Source: Balanoglossus misakiensis (lineage: Eukaryota; Animalia; Hemichordata). Taken from it: a DNA stretch of 64,000 bases. Both the position numbers and the translations under genes were made by a program. A model generated the notes under the pieces. It saw only the letters and a list, made by a program, of their open reading frames with translations, was not told where the DNA came from and searched no databases. Shown here one piece after another: positions 13,101 through 28,100 of this stretch; the first letter of the stretch is position 1; each line of letters opens with the position of its first letter. The stretch is from NCBI GenBank assembly GCA_040954595.2, contig CM082582.2, positions 3,642,303 through 3,706,302 of the forward strand. The letters are read 5' to 3'.

Positions 13101-16100
13101 AAGTCTTCAACTCTACTCTGATTCAATGAAGTTGCTTAAAATGATTCTTTAATTTCACACATTTCATGGATCAAACTGACACAACTAGTCCTGGTCAAAA
13201 TCAAATACAAAATAAAAGCATTAAATAATCATAGGTCAAAGTCACAGCTAATTTGATTTATATCATCCTGCATTCCCGTATACACAGTGACAGACAAAAG
13301 CTGGCAGCCAGTACTGGGTGTGAGTACATTTGCTTGTGCTCTCATTCAGGTTTTTCAATATCATTAACAGAAACAGCCTTTTCACGCCTTTCTAGACAAA
13401 GTCTTGGACATCCAGAAATGTTATGGACAACAGCCCCAGTTGTATTTCTGATCTGTGAGTGATTTAAAGTCTGCCGCACACAGTGGTGCCATGGATCACA
13501 ATATTCGACATGTTTGATATTTTTTTCCTCGCAAGGAAAATTACTCAAAACCACCGCACACGAGAGAAACTTGGTGAGCAAAATTCCTCGAATGACGTTT
13601 TGCTGAAGCTAATTTCTCTCGTGTGCGGCAGCCTTAAGAATACTTATTACAGCATACCTGAGAGAATAGCTGCACCTGTATGAAGCACTTCAAAGTTGAC
13701 TTCCAACATCTGTAAAGGTCTTGGTAAACTGTTACTATTACTTGTCTTAGGCAATGATGGTGAATGGTCAGGAAGATCATGTTGGCTTGTTACAACATCA
13801 ATCCATGGTTTCTTCACTATTTCATCCTCTAAAAACAACATATAATATACATGTATATATATTATATTATGGAAATGCAGCAAACAGAAAGTTACACAAA
13901 AGAAAATAAATTTACATTTTGAACACCCATAGCACTAAAATGAAGTAGCACAATAGTGATGACTTAGGATGGACAGTTAAATTTAGTTCAACTCAACTAA
14001 CAGACCAACCACTGGCAGCTGAGCAACTTCTCTGGCTAAACTAGTGATAAAGACAATGTCATATGTGAGTGCTTAAGGCAAGAATGCAGCCGTATTACAG
14101 CCAAGTGGTGAGGGCACTAGCTCCACAGCAGTCGAGCAAGCACCCATGGCACAAGCAATTGATCTACCTTGTTGCACCTTCACACAACCATTTTAAAAAG
14201 CCGATGGTTACATCCTAGTGCAACTCAGGAGAAGCCAGAGCCAAACCAATATGCCTGACGCACTATTGGGATCCGGATGTATCAAGCACACCAGTGAGGC
14301 ACATCCATTATAGTATACAGAACTCAACATGTGGACTCCATATGTGAAACCATTGAATTACAAGCCTAGGTCAAGTGAATTCTATGAAATTTACTTGACA
14401 TTGAATTTTCAAGCACCAAAACAAGTTGTCATTTGAACATTTTTATTCTTCTACTAGTCACACCCCATCACCATGCAACATCGTCTCTCATTAATAATTA
14501 ACATCAAGTCGGAATGTGCAACTTGTCACAGCGGCCTGCCCCAGCTACAGTGACAATGCACAGTTACACATACAAAATTATTACAGGTCAAAACAGAATA
14601 AGCAACTGTCAACATCAACTCAAGACCTGAACCTGGTCTTTGGCAAGCTGAATCACATGTACTTGTCACAACAGGGTTGTTAGTCAGGCTGCACCTACAT
14701 GTAGTAACATTTTGGCCCATGCCAACTCCATGTGAAGGCATATTGCCCTAAGACACACAGCCCTGCCACGCAGAGCTAGCCCACTCCAATCTAACAGACC
14801 TTCTGAGTCTGCTTGTAGCGGTGGTGAACTCTTCATTGAACTGTGGCAAGAAACCCTTTCTGGCCGGATATCCTATATATAGGAGAAATTTGGGAACGTT
14901 CCCAGAAAGGCAGGCTAGAAAGGGTTAAGTGACTCAGTAAAATTAACTCTCAATTAAACCTCTAAGCAAAAGGTGGAAGAAGACTCCAATCTTTCCAAAT
15001 TCATGACTACAAGGGCATTAGCAGACAGGAACCTGTCAATGTCATGCAAACTTCACTGTAAATGTGAATCAAGTTCAAGGGTCAGAGACCTAAAGCCTTG
15101 TTGGAGTGATAAGACATGTTACTTCCAATTAAAGTTATCACTGTGGCCAAAACAAAGAAATCAGAACCGATAATTGTTGCCTTAAGGCGTGAAATGCAAG
15201 CAATCTTTGTTTGCAAATAACATTTTTTAGCAAATACTGTTTTCTTTTCACAAACTTCTTAGTCATGTTTGTGTAAGCAAGATAACCTTAGTAGTTGACA
15301 GTGTGTGTGTATGTGTGTGGGAAAATTGCTGGTTTGGAGAAAACAAACATCTCAAGTATTTGTAGTTGAAACTCTAAAGAGGCAGATAATCGTGTTATTT
15401 GTGGAAGCAAATAACTGCAAGTGATATCCTATGAATTTAATGGGTTAGAAAACTTTAGCAATGAATCTGCACCTTTTCCACAATGGGTAGATTTTTAAAT
15501 CTGTATGCTGCTTTTGATGGTATTTTACACCATCTTTATGGTATACAGACCAAAATTAATCATGACAACTATCTTCTGTAACCTGGGAAATTTTTGCGAT
15601 ATCAACAGAGGCAACTGTTTCGCGACGATTAATTTTCGCGTACTCGTATTTCACTAACTGTATCATTATCTCCGAAAAAAACATTTTACACGACTTTTTA
15701 TTTTCGCATTTTTTTGACTCTCGCAAAGTTCGCGAAAAATTCTGTTTACCTAGGGCCAGTGTAATATTATTTGGCCCGGAACCAACCTCAATACCAAAGT
15801 TTAGTCAGACTACTCCAACGCTGCTCTGATACAGCATGTCAGCATTGGATTTACTTTGAGCTAACTTCAAACTTGCAGGTGCATTCTAGGGCAAATATAA
15901 ACACAAATGAAATCTCTTATCTCTCTTCCTGGACAAAACTACAACATCACATGATTAATTAAGAACTCATTGTGTTAAGGAGAAACATTGCTTGACATTG
16001 TTCTTCCTTACACACACACATGCACACACACATGCAGACACACAAGTTTTTCTATCAATTCTTCTGTATAGAATAACTAAAATGTAAAAATCTTTGACAA

Positions 16101-19100
16101 CAACAAAAAATTACATTAATTGTATCGCAATGCACTAAGGTACTTCCCAAAACAACCAACATAATGAGCTTTACTTCCAGTGAAGAGATTCAAATGACAA
16201 TAAATTTGGACAAAACACAGCAAACAGTGTTATCATTACACCAAACTTGCTTGCTTAGCATGAAAAGGATAACAATGCCTTGTAATAAGTTACATTTGTA
16301 TTACATGTCATAAAAGTGACAAGTCTGTGTGATATGTACCACAGAACATAATAAACAGAGCAATGACACCTTGACATTACACACAACAAACACCAGACTT
16401 GTATCTTGTTCACATTGGCAAAATATGACTGGGTCCTGCACCAGCATAGATTAATAATCACAGGGGATTAGATTTGGTCTGTGTCCTTACATCTCATCAT
16501 GAACGAATTCGGCCTAAGGACATTTTATAGTGCTTTGTGACTTCTGACGCCAAATCAACTGCGCGGGCGTTAACTGGGCTGGACTAAAACCGGTGTTACA
16601 AGTCCACGCACGAAAATTTAGCCCTACTCAGATTTTATGTTGGACATAAACCCCGCCCCCTCTCCATCCTACCATTCCAGCACTCAAAAGCTTACTGTTA
16701 TGGCGGCCAAGAACCGAGCGTACGTAGAAAGATTTTAGTCTACTTATTTCAGTAGATTCGCAAAAAAAAATAATAAAGAGTTACCTTTGATCCCCTCTAT
16801 TTTAGCCTTCAGAGGCATTAATACCCGACTTTGATTTTTGTCCCTTTTCATCCAAAGCACCGACACATGAGAACAAAAATTTGATGTGATATACATTTTC
16901 TTCCATGAGAACAATGTGAGAAAGAGTCATATATTATGTATATGCCACAAATGTAAACCGCAGTACTGTCCAGTAGAAATCGGCTGAAAGTTGATCATGG
17001 AACTGTGTGGTAGTGTTGTGAGAGGAGTGGCTCTGGGCACACATGGTCAAAGGTCAAACGTCGACCAAATGTCGGGTTGAGGTTACAAGTGGAGTTCATT
17101 GACCAAACTGTCAAATCTCACACCCAAAAATCATCATTCCTGTGTGAACATGTGGTCAAAAATTCACGGGGTTAAATTTCACTAAAAGAACTCAACTGAA
17201 ATGCCTTATTACATGTAACTGGTATTTATATCTATTTAATTGCAACTCCTTCACTCCATTTCCCTTTTTAGACGTCCAACTTTACCATATAGAGCAATTT
17301 GGATTTGGCCCCAACAATGGTGGTGAAAGGGTTAAACTTAGAAACTTTCTTTTAATGTTTATAAATTACAACACCAAGTGACTGCACTTTAAGTTGTGAG
17401 AGTTTTTAATTTCACTAAATAAAATCTGTTTTTGGTCAATGGAGTTTTGACACCATGTAGGTTTCTAATTAGAAATCAAACAGAGACGGTCTCTTTGTTG
17501 TGAAATGGCTCAAGGGCTTTTGGGTTAGGGGATCAGCTACATGAAAACATTTACAGCTGTGTATGGACTCAACAGTTTACACATCTATGATTATTCTTAG
17601 ACTATTTCCCTGTATATGTAAGAATTTTTGGAATGATCTTGTTAATTTCTATGATAGAAGAATCCATTTGTCACAGAAATACGGGGTAGAAGGTTTCACC
17701 ATGGAAAGAACTGTAATAAACATTAAACATGACCTCAAACATGAACTTAAAACTGTTTCTGTTCGATTTTCTTCCAAAATAATCTATCGTTAATTTTCTC
17801 CTGAGAGAAACTGTGGAAAGTAATTTTCCATACACTCTGGAAGAGCTGGCATGGTTGGATGAACAAAGAAATAGACTCCTCTCTCTATTATGATTTCCAC
17901 CCCTGATTCAAGTCTTATTGTATGTTGGCATGCCTCAATTATGGAGACATATTCTGCAAACAAATCATGAAACCACCACAGGGTGAACTTTCCCATGAAT
18001 GAATATAAGCACATACCATAAAGACTGGGTCTTGGTATGTGCCAACAGTAACATACTGGCTACCAATCACTCATAAATGCTTCTAGGTTAGACGAAACTG
18101 AAATTCTACATGTAAATACGTCTGTGTAAGTTGTTTGGATTCAAACGTTGTAACCAAAGTTAAGTCAAGTCAGAGTATTAGTGCTCTATTCATCTTTGCT
18201 TTTGGTAATCAATACATCTTACACAGCATACTGCACAAAAGAAAAGCACCGTACGAAAGCAAATCTCACCTGATTTCAGCGTATTCATACTACCACTCTT
18301 TGGCAAGGATTCCTCAACAGGCAGATCTTGTTCCGGGATAATTGCCGGGCTACTACCAGACTGAGACTTCCTCTGTTCCTTATTTCCAGACTTCCGTCGG
18401 CTCTTCCGCTCGGTCAACGGAGGCCGTATGATGTCTTCCCAGGTCATCCTTTCCAGTCCGTATTCCGTGCTCAAAACACAGTATTCCAGAGCCATGCGGT
18501 TTTCATCCGGGTTCAGACTCTGCAGCCATTCCATTGTAAATATGATCTCGTAGGAGTCTTGCGGAATTAGAATGCTGTGCGTTCTTCCATGGAAGAAGTA
18601 AGTTAAAGCTAGCAGTATTGTTCCAGGCACAGGTGACTTCAGCTGGAAGTAGAAATCTCCAGACTGTAAAAGTTCATCGTCGATTTCTTTGAAGTGTACA
18701 ATAATTTTATCATCAAAGCAGATGGGCCATCCTTCATCCTTGGGCCGTCTCCTCCCTTGTATCTGAAGCTGGATCTGGTCAAGAAAAAGATACACCACAC
18801 AGAAGTTAGGGGGTCTGGCTTCCAGCTGCTGTCTGTATTCTAATCACTGTGGATATGAAGCAGTTGTCAATGACCTAGTCCCCACTGATCAATTGACAGA
18901 TTAAGAGAATACTATTAACAGAAGTCATGGGGGAATATCAGTCATGTACATGTATGTCTGCAATATGGCCCTGACAGCATTTCTAATGAGAATTTGTCTT
19001 GTGGTACAAATGTATGACAATTGACATGTACACTATTATAGTAAAATTATTGTTGTGAATGAACGAAATCAGCTGTGGGAATACAGCAAGACAGAAGATG

Positions 19101-22100
19101 GACGCTGAAACCATGTGGTACATAATATACCAAACGGGAGAAAACAAAATGACCGCCTAGCAGCCATACTGGATGGCATCGCAACTGAAATTGATGTGTG
19201 CATATGAATGCCATGGCAGGCTGTCTCACTGCCAAGTTTGAATGGAATCAGTTCAGGAATCATGTCTGAGTATGTATGGATGTAGGGCACTCTATCAACC
19301 CCTCCAGACTCAGTTTACAGGGACTATCGGTAATAAGATCTCATTACAGAGGTTCATAGCAAACATCGATACCGACTGTATAGTAGTGACTTCATGAGGT
19401 CATCTGGATGCATTTGATGGTTTGTGTCGGAAGACCAATTTGCGGGATCACAGCATGGAATGCAACAGCTGGAAAACTTCCACATCATCCGTATGATGTC
19501 ATGGCACTGGATTTGCTACGAGGTCACACTGACTCACGCATGATGCAATTGTCCATGGAAAGCACTTTTAAAACTGTTTTGGGATGTCTATTTAATTATA
19601 CAGAAAATATGCTACATCTAAGTAAATCTCAGCAATCTCATATAATCATATACACACAAAAATATTTACCTTATGCCATGCAATAGAATTAGATTTCATT
19701 TTTTAACCCAGGAATAACATGTAACCTCGTTTATTTCATTGTTATATTAATATTAATTGCTCTCTATGGTAAGGTTGGACCTCTACATTAGTAGACAGGG
19801 GTGAAAGGTTTAGCCTTGTCTTCTCCATTACCCACAGTATATTAGCACAACTAATCTACAATCTACCAACAAAGTTACACGTAGCATTATAGCATACCAG
19901 GAAACGTAGAAATTTAACCAGATTTCTGGTTTTATAACCTTTACACTGTGGGTTTGCAGAAACCATAAACACTGGTTTTATTCTGACCTTGGTTAAACAA
20001 ACATGTGGTTTTAGCAAAGGCAATTCTAAACAGCTGTATAAATGGGATTTGAAAAATTGCGAAACAGCTACAAAAGTTAAACTTGCTTGGCTGCATGTTT
20101 GATTGTAACTAAAAATTTAACACACTTCAAAATAAACTTCCTTGCAAAGAAAGAATTCTCACAACAAATCCAGCTAGCTACATGTACTTGAATCAAATTC
20201 CATCATTTATTCAATTCATATGGACTTCTTTTCACTTCCCACAGCATTTGATGAACTACGGGGTACACATTTCACCACATAAAACTGTCAGAGACGTGAA
20301 TTAATCAAAGCCAATGAAACACAAACAGTCAATTGTTTTCATATCAATACTGGAGTTACCAGTGAGTGAGTTTGACCTGGACATACCACAAGAGTCTTTG
20401 TAACCAGCTTCGAGTGTTGACCAATATCACAGCAATTTACCTGTCCCCTCCTGACCTACTTTGTATTAGCCAACAGAAATGGTTCTCCATTTCATTAACA
20501 TGAAAAATATGTCCACTGTTCCATCAAGCAAGTGTCCACAAAAAAATTCAGACACATTTTCTGTAAAAGACCAATCCCCTGTCAATTTGAAACATACTTT
20601 TTACCAAACTTTACTCACAAATAAATCACTACATTATCATTATGTTTAGGTTTTGAATTTTACCATCTGTAGTAATCATATCATAAGAGAAACTGGATGA
20701 CCCTGAAATATGTTTGGATGTAATAGAGACATACCTGATCAGTCACTATTTAGCAGTGAGGTACACGTACTAGGCCATGCATTATGCCCACAGAGAGATC
20801 AACAGATGTGGAGCAGTTGGGAATGAATGCCAGATACCTAAATCCCTGCTGTAGTGTTTGTGTGAAAGTCCACTGAACCAAAGAGATGACTCATTCTGCC
20901 AACGAACAGGGTTCACGGATTCACTCTTAAAGGGAAGGCAGTGTACGAACTGAGGGGACATTTCTCACAAAACATCGACTTTTTAAGTACACAACACGTA
21001 GGGGGAAAATCTCCCGGTTGACAATACATCACTTTGCCAACCATGGAATGTTTGTGCTCTGTACTGTTCTCTTCCTTGTAGAGTTAGTCTAAACAGCCAA
21101 ACACAAAAATTCTCTATTCCGAGCGATTTTCAAAATACACTGTGTCTATTTGACCTGACTTCACTTGGTAACCTGAGTCCCTCCACCCACATTGCTAACA
21201 ATGGCTTAAGTTATAACTGTTCCATTACCATGTGAATTGTATCCAAAGTTTTGGGAGGCAATGTCAACTTTAAACTTGGCGATTGAAAAGCTAACACAGG
21301 ACAACACAATTGTTAGTCAATTAAGCATCAATTAAGTGATTAGCTACAACACTGCCCGCATTGAAAACACTCAGTAAGGAGAGACTGCTTCTTTGTTGGA
21401 ATGTGTGGCAACATTTAGCAAAAGCTAGGGTGTCATTTTGGGAAGTAGAAGAACTTCAAGTTGGATGTCCAGAGACATTTTAGCACTTTTTACCCAATGA
21501 AGATGGAGAAGAATGGTACCTGCACCAATTTGTCATCAATGAAAATATAGGAAGGTTCAACCCAGATTTACCGTCAGTACAGTGAAGATAAAAGTTGTGT
21601 GACCAGCATTGATTGGAAAGGACCTCCTAGCAATGGAAATGGCTCTTTTCCCATCATTCTCCATTCACTGATTTCCACGCATCAACTTTATTCCTGACAA
21701 AGGTCTTCCATGAAGGACCGAAACATTGAATAAAGGAATTAACTTCATCTTCTGGAAGCAGATCCTAGGTTTTTTTTATCAAATCCATTGAAGCCCACCT
21801 CAAAGTTCTGACTTCCATTCACCATCGAGAAGCACTAACTGTAGTTGGACTGACCAGGCATCAGATTTTGACATTTTTATTTTATTGTTTCATACTCTTA
21901 GTTTTTTATCAGTAATGGTGTGCTCTTTGAGCATGAAGTAATTTTATTATTATCAAGTGAATATGTGCTGAAAACAATATGCCTTTGCCAAAAAATCTAC
22001 AAGAAACAATTCCTTTTTTTTCTTTCTGTCCTGAGGAATATGTATAAAACAAACTAATTCATGTAAAAGTTTGGCATAAATTGTCACTTGACGTATAATT

Positions 22101-25100
22101 AATATCCACTCTCTTAATTAATGAACTCTGCACCAAATAGTTGCATTTCAATTCTTTTCTTTTTTTGCATCCGAAGTTCACACATTCTGAGTTGCAATAT
22201 TTGTTTTTGAAATGCACCAGAAAAATCTGTTGTGTCTGAACACTGGGGCCAAACCCTGCCACTTGCATGTGATCTTTGAATTCCAGTCATGCCTTTCATT
22301 TAACTCACATTATGCCCTCTCATCAAATAATGGCAAGACTGATGAAATTTTCAACTTTCTGCTGTTTAACCCTTTCACCACCATGGTTCAGTCCAAATCC
22401 ATTGTTTTCTATGGTAAAGTTGGACCTCTGAAGAGGCAACTGGGGGTGAAAGGGTTCAGTTGTTTCAACGTACACAGTGTAACATACACACTGTAACAAG
22501 AATTTGAACTGTGACTGAAAGCTACAAAAAAGATGAAGTTTCGAAGGGTGAATCTAGCCTAACAATAATACATTATAACTCTACATATTGCGCAGTCACT
22601 GAATAACTATCAGAAAACACTCTCAAGATAATTTACGAAACCATCATTGGATAATATGCTTGCTTTGCAGTGATGCTAGTTAGTGTCCCAATAATATTGA
22701 AAGGTTGACTGCTTTTGAACAGGGTTCTCTTGTGAGAGTGGTTGTATTACATGGACAGGCTTAATATTGAGGGGTGTTAATCCCTTACACATTGCTTGAG
22801 GTCTATCAACCCAAACATACCAACTTAGACTACCCTTTGACAATCTAAAGAAACCTAACATTCTTACAGAAAGCTAATACTTTGAGTGTTTTAACCCCCC
22901 TTTTCATACAAATTCACCCCATTTCTGTTCCCAACAATGACTTCACACAATTGACAATGTGAACTTTTTGTCCCCCCAAAAAATAACCAGAAGCTAAAAA
23001 TAACACCAATTCACTGACTGGTCATCTCTTTTTGTATTTAAGTTGCATTTTCAGAAAGAAACACTAACTCATTTCAACACAAATCTTCTAACAAAACACC
23101 CATTGTGTGTACATGTAGGTCTTCGCTAGACCACCGATGATCACTCCTTATATCTAAGCATGAACTTGTCAGTAACAGTTGCAGTGTAACTTATTCATGC
23201 CTAGCCTCAGCAGATGTATTTGGTACTTTGTGACATTAACATAATACCAATATGTTGACATTTTGCAGAAATCATGTTAGAACTTCACAAAGAAAGGCAT
23301 GACTAACCACGGAAGACATTGGTACCATCATTACTACAAGTACACTTTTACTATATTCATCTGATTTACGTAACATTTTTCACCGGTCTGACTTTTCAAT
23401 ATAAGAAGGTGCTCTATTTACGCTGTGACCCTATTAGGGCAACTTCATATGGTGTGTATTGGGAATTCTTTAACTCAGTGGAATTTTCAACTAGCAAAAT
23501 CACTCTTCTGGTTAACTTGAAATAACTTGCTACAATACATCCCCTGTGCACACAATAACATAATACATGTATACTTAAAATCATTAAAATAATTTGGAAA
23601 GAAATAGCCTGATTAGGCTTTCAAATCATCAGTGGATGAAATTGCTCGTGAAATGCAGCCATCTTGTTAGGAAAGCTTTGAGAGCTTCATAATACTGATA
23701 TTGTCTTCGAAATGGCCCTGTGTTAACTCCATATCCCATCAATCAAAGTCAACTCTTATATAGTGCCGCCTTGTTATCTTGCTTTGCTCTAAAATTTGTA
23801 AAAATTTTACAGTGTTATTTTTTTCAGCTCTATGCAGGGGATTCAACTTTCAAATCCACATCCAACTTTGTCTTCCTCCAGACTGGCTTAGTCCAATTTT
23901 CAAAGTCAGTAACAAGGGTCAACTGGAAATCAGACCCTTGCTTTCTTTTTAAAATCAAACGCAGCAATGACCGATAAATTGTTTACATCACAAGATTTCA
24001 CACTTTCCCTTCTTTGCCTTAAAAGTTAGCAGTTTTGAAACCATTTTGTCTCACGCAAAATCGCATTCAGCAGGGTCAGAACAGGAGTTTTGTTGACACA
24101 CATTTCACTACTGTAAACATACACAAGACCCACCTTCGCCTCCTCTCTCAAAACTTGCAGCTGAATTTTGGCCGGGAGTAAATAATCCGTCAGGAATGTC
24201 CTTCCATCACCAGCAAAGTGTGAATCCACAATCTGGCAAACTTGGCCTATAATCACTGGTGCTGTACATCGAAACGGTGGATATAGTTTAGAAAGCGTCT
24301 CCTGAACGCTGTTGTCAAACGCTTCCTGAGAGTCCTGCAACAGATTGAAAAAGAAGTGGTCTCGAGTTAATGATATTCAATTTGCAGGTATTGTGTGGTG
24401 TTTGGTGCACGCGTGAATAGTTTTCAGGTCAAGTTACCTGAGCTCCCCTAACATCAGTAACACATGTCACACGTTGAAAGGGGAAAAAAAAACACTCTGA
24501 GATTGAAGTGTTTCGCCACATCACAAAGTCTTTTGAAAACTCAACTGTAGATAATAACTAATTGAAAATCCATCTCACCCATTTTTTTTTTCAAAACTTG
24601 ATTCTGTAACACTGAAAACGGGCCCACTGCACTAGTGTATAGTACTGTACAGTCAAAGAAACTACCCTCTTACCTAGGCATACAAACATGATCACTTCAT
24701 TCAAATGCCTTGTAAAAAGCTACCTGACTATTAAGTATCAGTATCATGAACATTCTCCGACATGAAAGGGAGTCTCCTGGGCTGTTGTAATACGAGACAG
24801 ACCAGTCAAAAAAAGTCAGAATGTAGTCTCACACAGCACATCAGCTGTACATGTAATATTACAGCTTGAAACTTTGTCAAATCACTGAAGGTGTGTAACA
24901 GCAGAAGAAAGTTCCAGTCACGCTCATATCAGTCTACACACACACAGGACACCAATCCACTGTTACGCCAACTCAAGCCTTGATCAGGCTTAACTTACTG
25001 GAGCAAGCAACCCAAGTTCTAGCTGATAGAAGGTAAAGTATCTGTGAGGCTTGTTGTCTTTGACTGCAAAAATGCAGGAATGCGACTAACACCCCAAAAA

Positions 25101-28100
25101 AGTGTGGGAATCGCAACTGATTTATTCTTCCTTAATAAAAATAGTGGGAGGGCCTGGCAACCATGTACCCTGGGAATATTTAGACTGGAACGTGCAACAA
25201 CAATGGTTTGCATGGGATTTTCATGAGCTTGGCTATGTTAAACAACCATGTGAATGTAAAATACACCTTTGCAGATATTCTCCAACTTTGGAGGCACCTT
25301 GTTCTACACTCTCTAACATGACATAAGTGCCAGAAAGGTATGTATAGAAAGTAAATCCAGAAAAACAATTTTTGAGAGAAAAAAACACAAGTACCTGATG
25401 CAGCATAAATGGAATAAGATATGTAAACACAATTTATTTGGCTTGATATAAAGGGATTAAGTTTTCAATGATTGTGGAACATGAAAGAGGAAAGAAAATG
25501 AAGTAATGTACATCACAGTGTATTACTGTCCTTGTACCGTACAAAGTTTGAATGGAATAGACCCAGGCCTGTATATAATGGCTCTGGACATCAATAATTC
25601 ACATGGCAAAATAAATTGACATGTAATGTACACCATTGATAGATATAACAAGTTAGAATGAAACCAGTTGATGCATTATAACTGAATAATAGTTCTAGAT
25701 CATGTAGATGCATGGAAGGATAACGCCCATCCATGAATGTCCTGGAATACGAAAGTGAGACTAAAAATTAGCAAATTCTTTTTTACAGGAGGAAAAATAC
25801 CAACAGCAGAGAAGTATACATGAATTTCATATCCATGCAAGAATAAATTCAGTAAGCTTTCGCTTGGTTTGTTTACATAACTGAACGTAGGTGGCTCTAA
25901 AAATAACATAAACAATGCAGAATAAATGTGCAGTATATTATTTACTTGTGGTGAAAAGTCTTTGATTAGAATTAAATTATTAAAACAATTAGTTCCATGA
26001 AGATATAAAATATCATTTATATGTAAAAAAAATTAACTTCCTTGATCATGAAGTATCACATCATATGCTATTCTATATGTGGTATATTCCTATCACTTAT
26101 AGTCACTTGTTGAAATGGTCAGCAGATCTACCTACTTTTAACTAACTTTTCAAAGAGTTTCAACTGCGCATAACCTAAGCTGAATTAAATGAATCATCAT
26201 TTACCTCCCAAAGTGAAGCTGGAGAGGCCAGTTTTCTCCTGAAAACACACCAGACTTTTCTGAAACGCTTCAACATGGCCGGCTGTGTCATTGTATGGAA
26301 TGGCATGATGTACTCTCTTACTGCTAAAAGGGAAACCACTCCCTCTTCCTGAACCTTCCAAATTGCATATTCCATGTTCTATTTCCTGGGGTCACTTTAG
26401 GATACAAGGCTCCCCAGGGAAGTCAAACCGGTGGGGGAATAAAACTCCTACACACAATGTAATTATCATCTCTTGAGTTGCTATAAACTGTACAAAATCA
26501 ATATCATCCTAATGGTTTCATAAAAACATTTAATTCTGTAAACAGTAAAGCATAGGTTACACACACACTAAGACAGTTTGTGCCTAGTTGATAGTTGTCG
26601 TAACTCATTTAAGAAATCACCAAACATACATGGTAAACACTAAAAAGTGTGGCCTGCAACTTTAGTAATCATAGTAAAGTTCTGGAAATTATTCTCCTAG
26701 TTTCGTAATTTTATTTTATAAAATGCTGGTCACATACTGAAGAACAATGTATCTAAAAGCTTTATTTTCAGTTCACATATCAACATAGGGCTTACATTAT
26801 CTGACTATCAAAATGTCATCTGAATTTGAGCATCAAAGAGAATATCTCCCAAATTTATTGACAGTTAAATTTAGAAGCGACTTTCCTGATACAGTACAGG
26901 CGTAAGAAAAAGACTGTAGTTGATCGAAATTGTGTTTTATCACCTACAATGTCATACAAATTTTGATTGGTATCCCAAATAATATAATTGTTGATCATAA
27001 GAAATGAGTAGCGAGTGACCAACAACTAAAGGTACTGCTGAAAAGTTTCTTTTCAAAAGTCTATTCAAAGTGTCCAAATCAAAATGAGTCATCATGTAAG
27101 GGTCCTTCTTGTACGCCAATGAAATTTGCAAGTACCCAAAAACTGATGAAAGTCTGTACTAAGAATAGAAACACTGAATGCATGTATTTCCACTTCCTTA
27201 GATGATAGATATGATACAGCAATGAATCATACTTTCATGGCAAACGGAAGACTGGCAGGGTTGGATATGGATTACACCAAATTACATCATCCAACATTTG
27301 CATATTGTAGGTGTCACATGTTACATGTAATTGAAGGTGACATGTACAGGCAAGGCAAAGGGGGGGTAATTACGGCGGTGACATCAAAGAGATCTATTTG
27401 AATGTGAACGTCACTGAGTGGCAGTTACGGCCGGTTGGAAAAATTTTCAAACGGAGATTTTCGGTACTTCAAGTGATCGTAGTGCATCCATTTTTCTAAG
27501 ACGTGTATGAAACACCACAGTCAATGATAGGATGATTTTTCGTGAAGTTTTAACGACGCGTTCCCGAGAAAGACAGTTTCGGTATGTTGGTTTAAATTGT
27601 GGTCCCTGACTCACGGAAAAGATTTCTTGTCTTGAAAAAAATTGGGTAGGTTAGGAAGATATTGAACTAAGTTACCGTGAATTTATAATAGTGTGAGCCG
27701 CTCCGTTGTGGAGTAATGACGGTGTAAAAATTGCCTTCGCCATCGACGAGTACAGCCGTGTTTGCCATATGTGTATGCATTGAAGTAGGTCAACGCATGT
27801 TAACCCATGACGTAATGGCTTCCTTTTCAACGCGTCGTTAACTCTCATTAGCATATTACATACGGAGTCTATACACTATTCACGCTGACTGACTTCTCAG
27901 GACTGACCTATGGCACTGTAAATTGTGGTCCTTGACCCACGGCATGGATATATTCATGTCAAAATTATGAATAGAGGAGTTTAATAATGTTTCTAAAACC
28001 TGAGGGGGTTAATTTTTGTGTGGGTATGGCAGATATTTTTTTTTTTATTTTTTAACTTCAAGGTCACTTTGAATTTCGTGATCACAATTTTGTAAGTGGA

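Noticed and set aside
19047-19686. Moderately GC-richer patch with several short ORFs
   Set aside because: Stops in all frames and no convincing motif; probably a very old repeat remnant.
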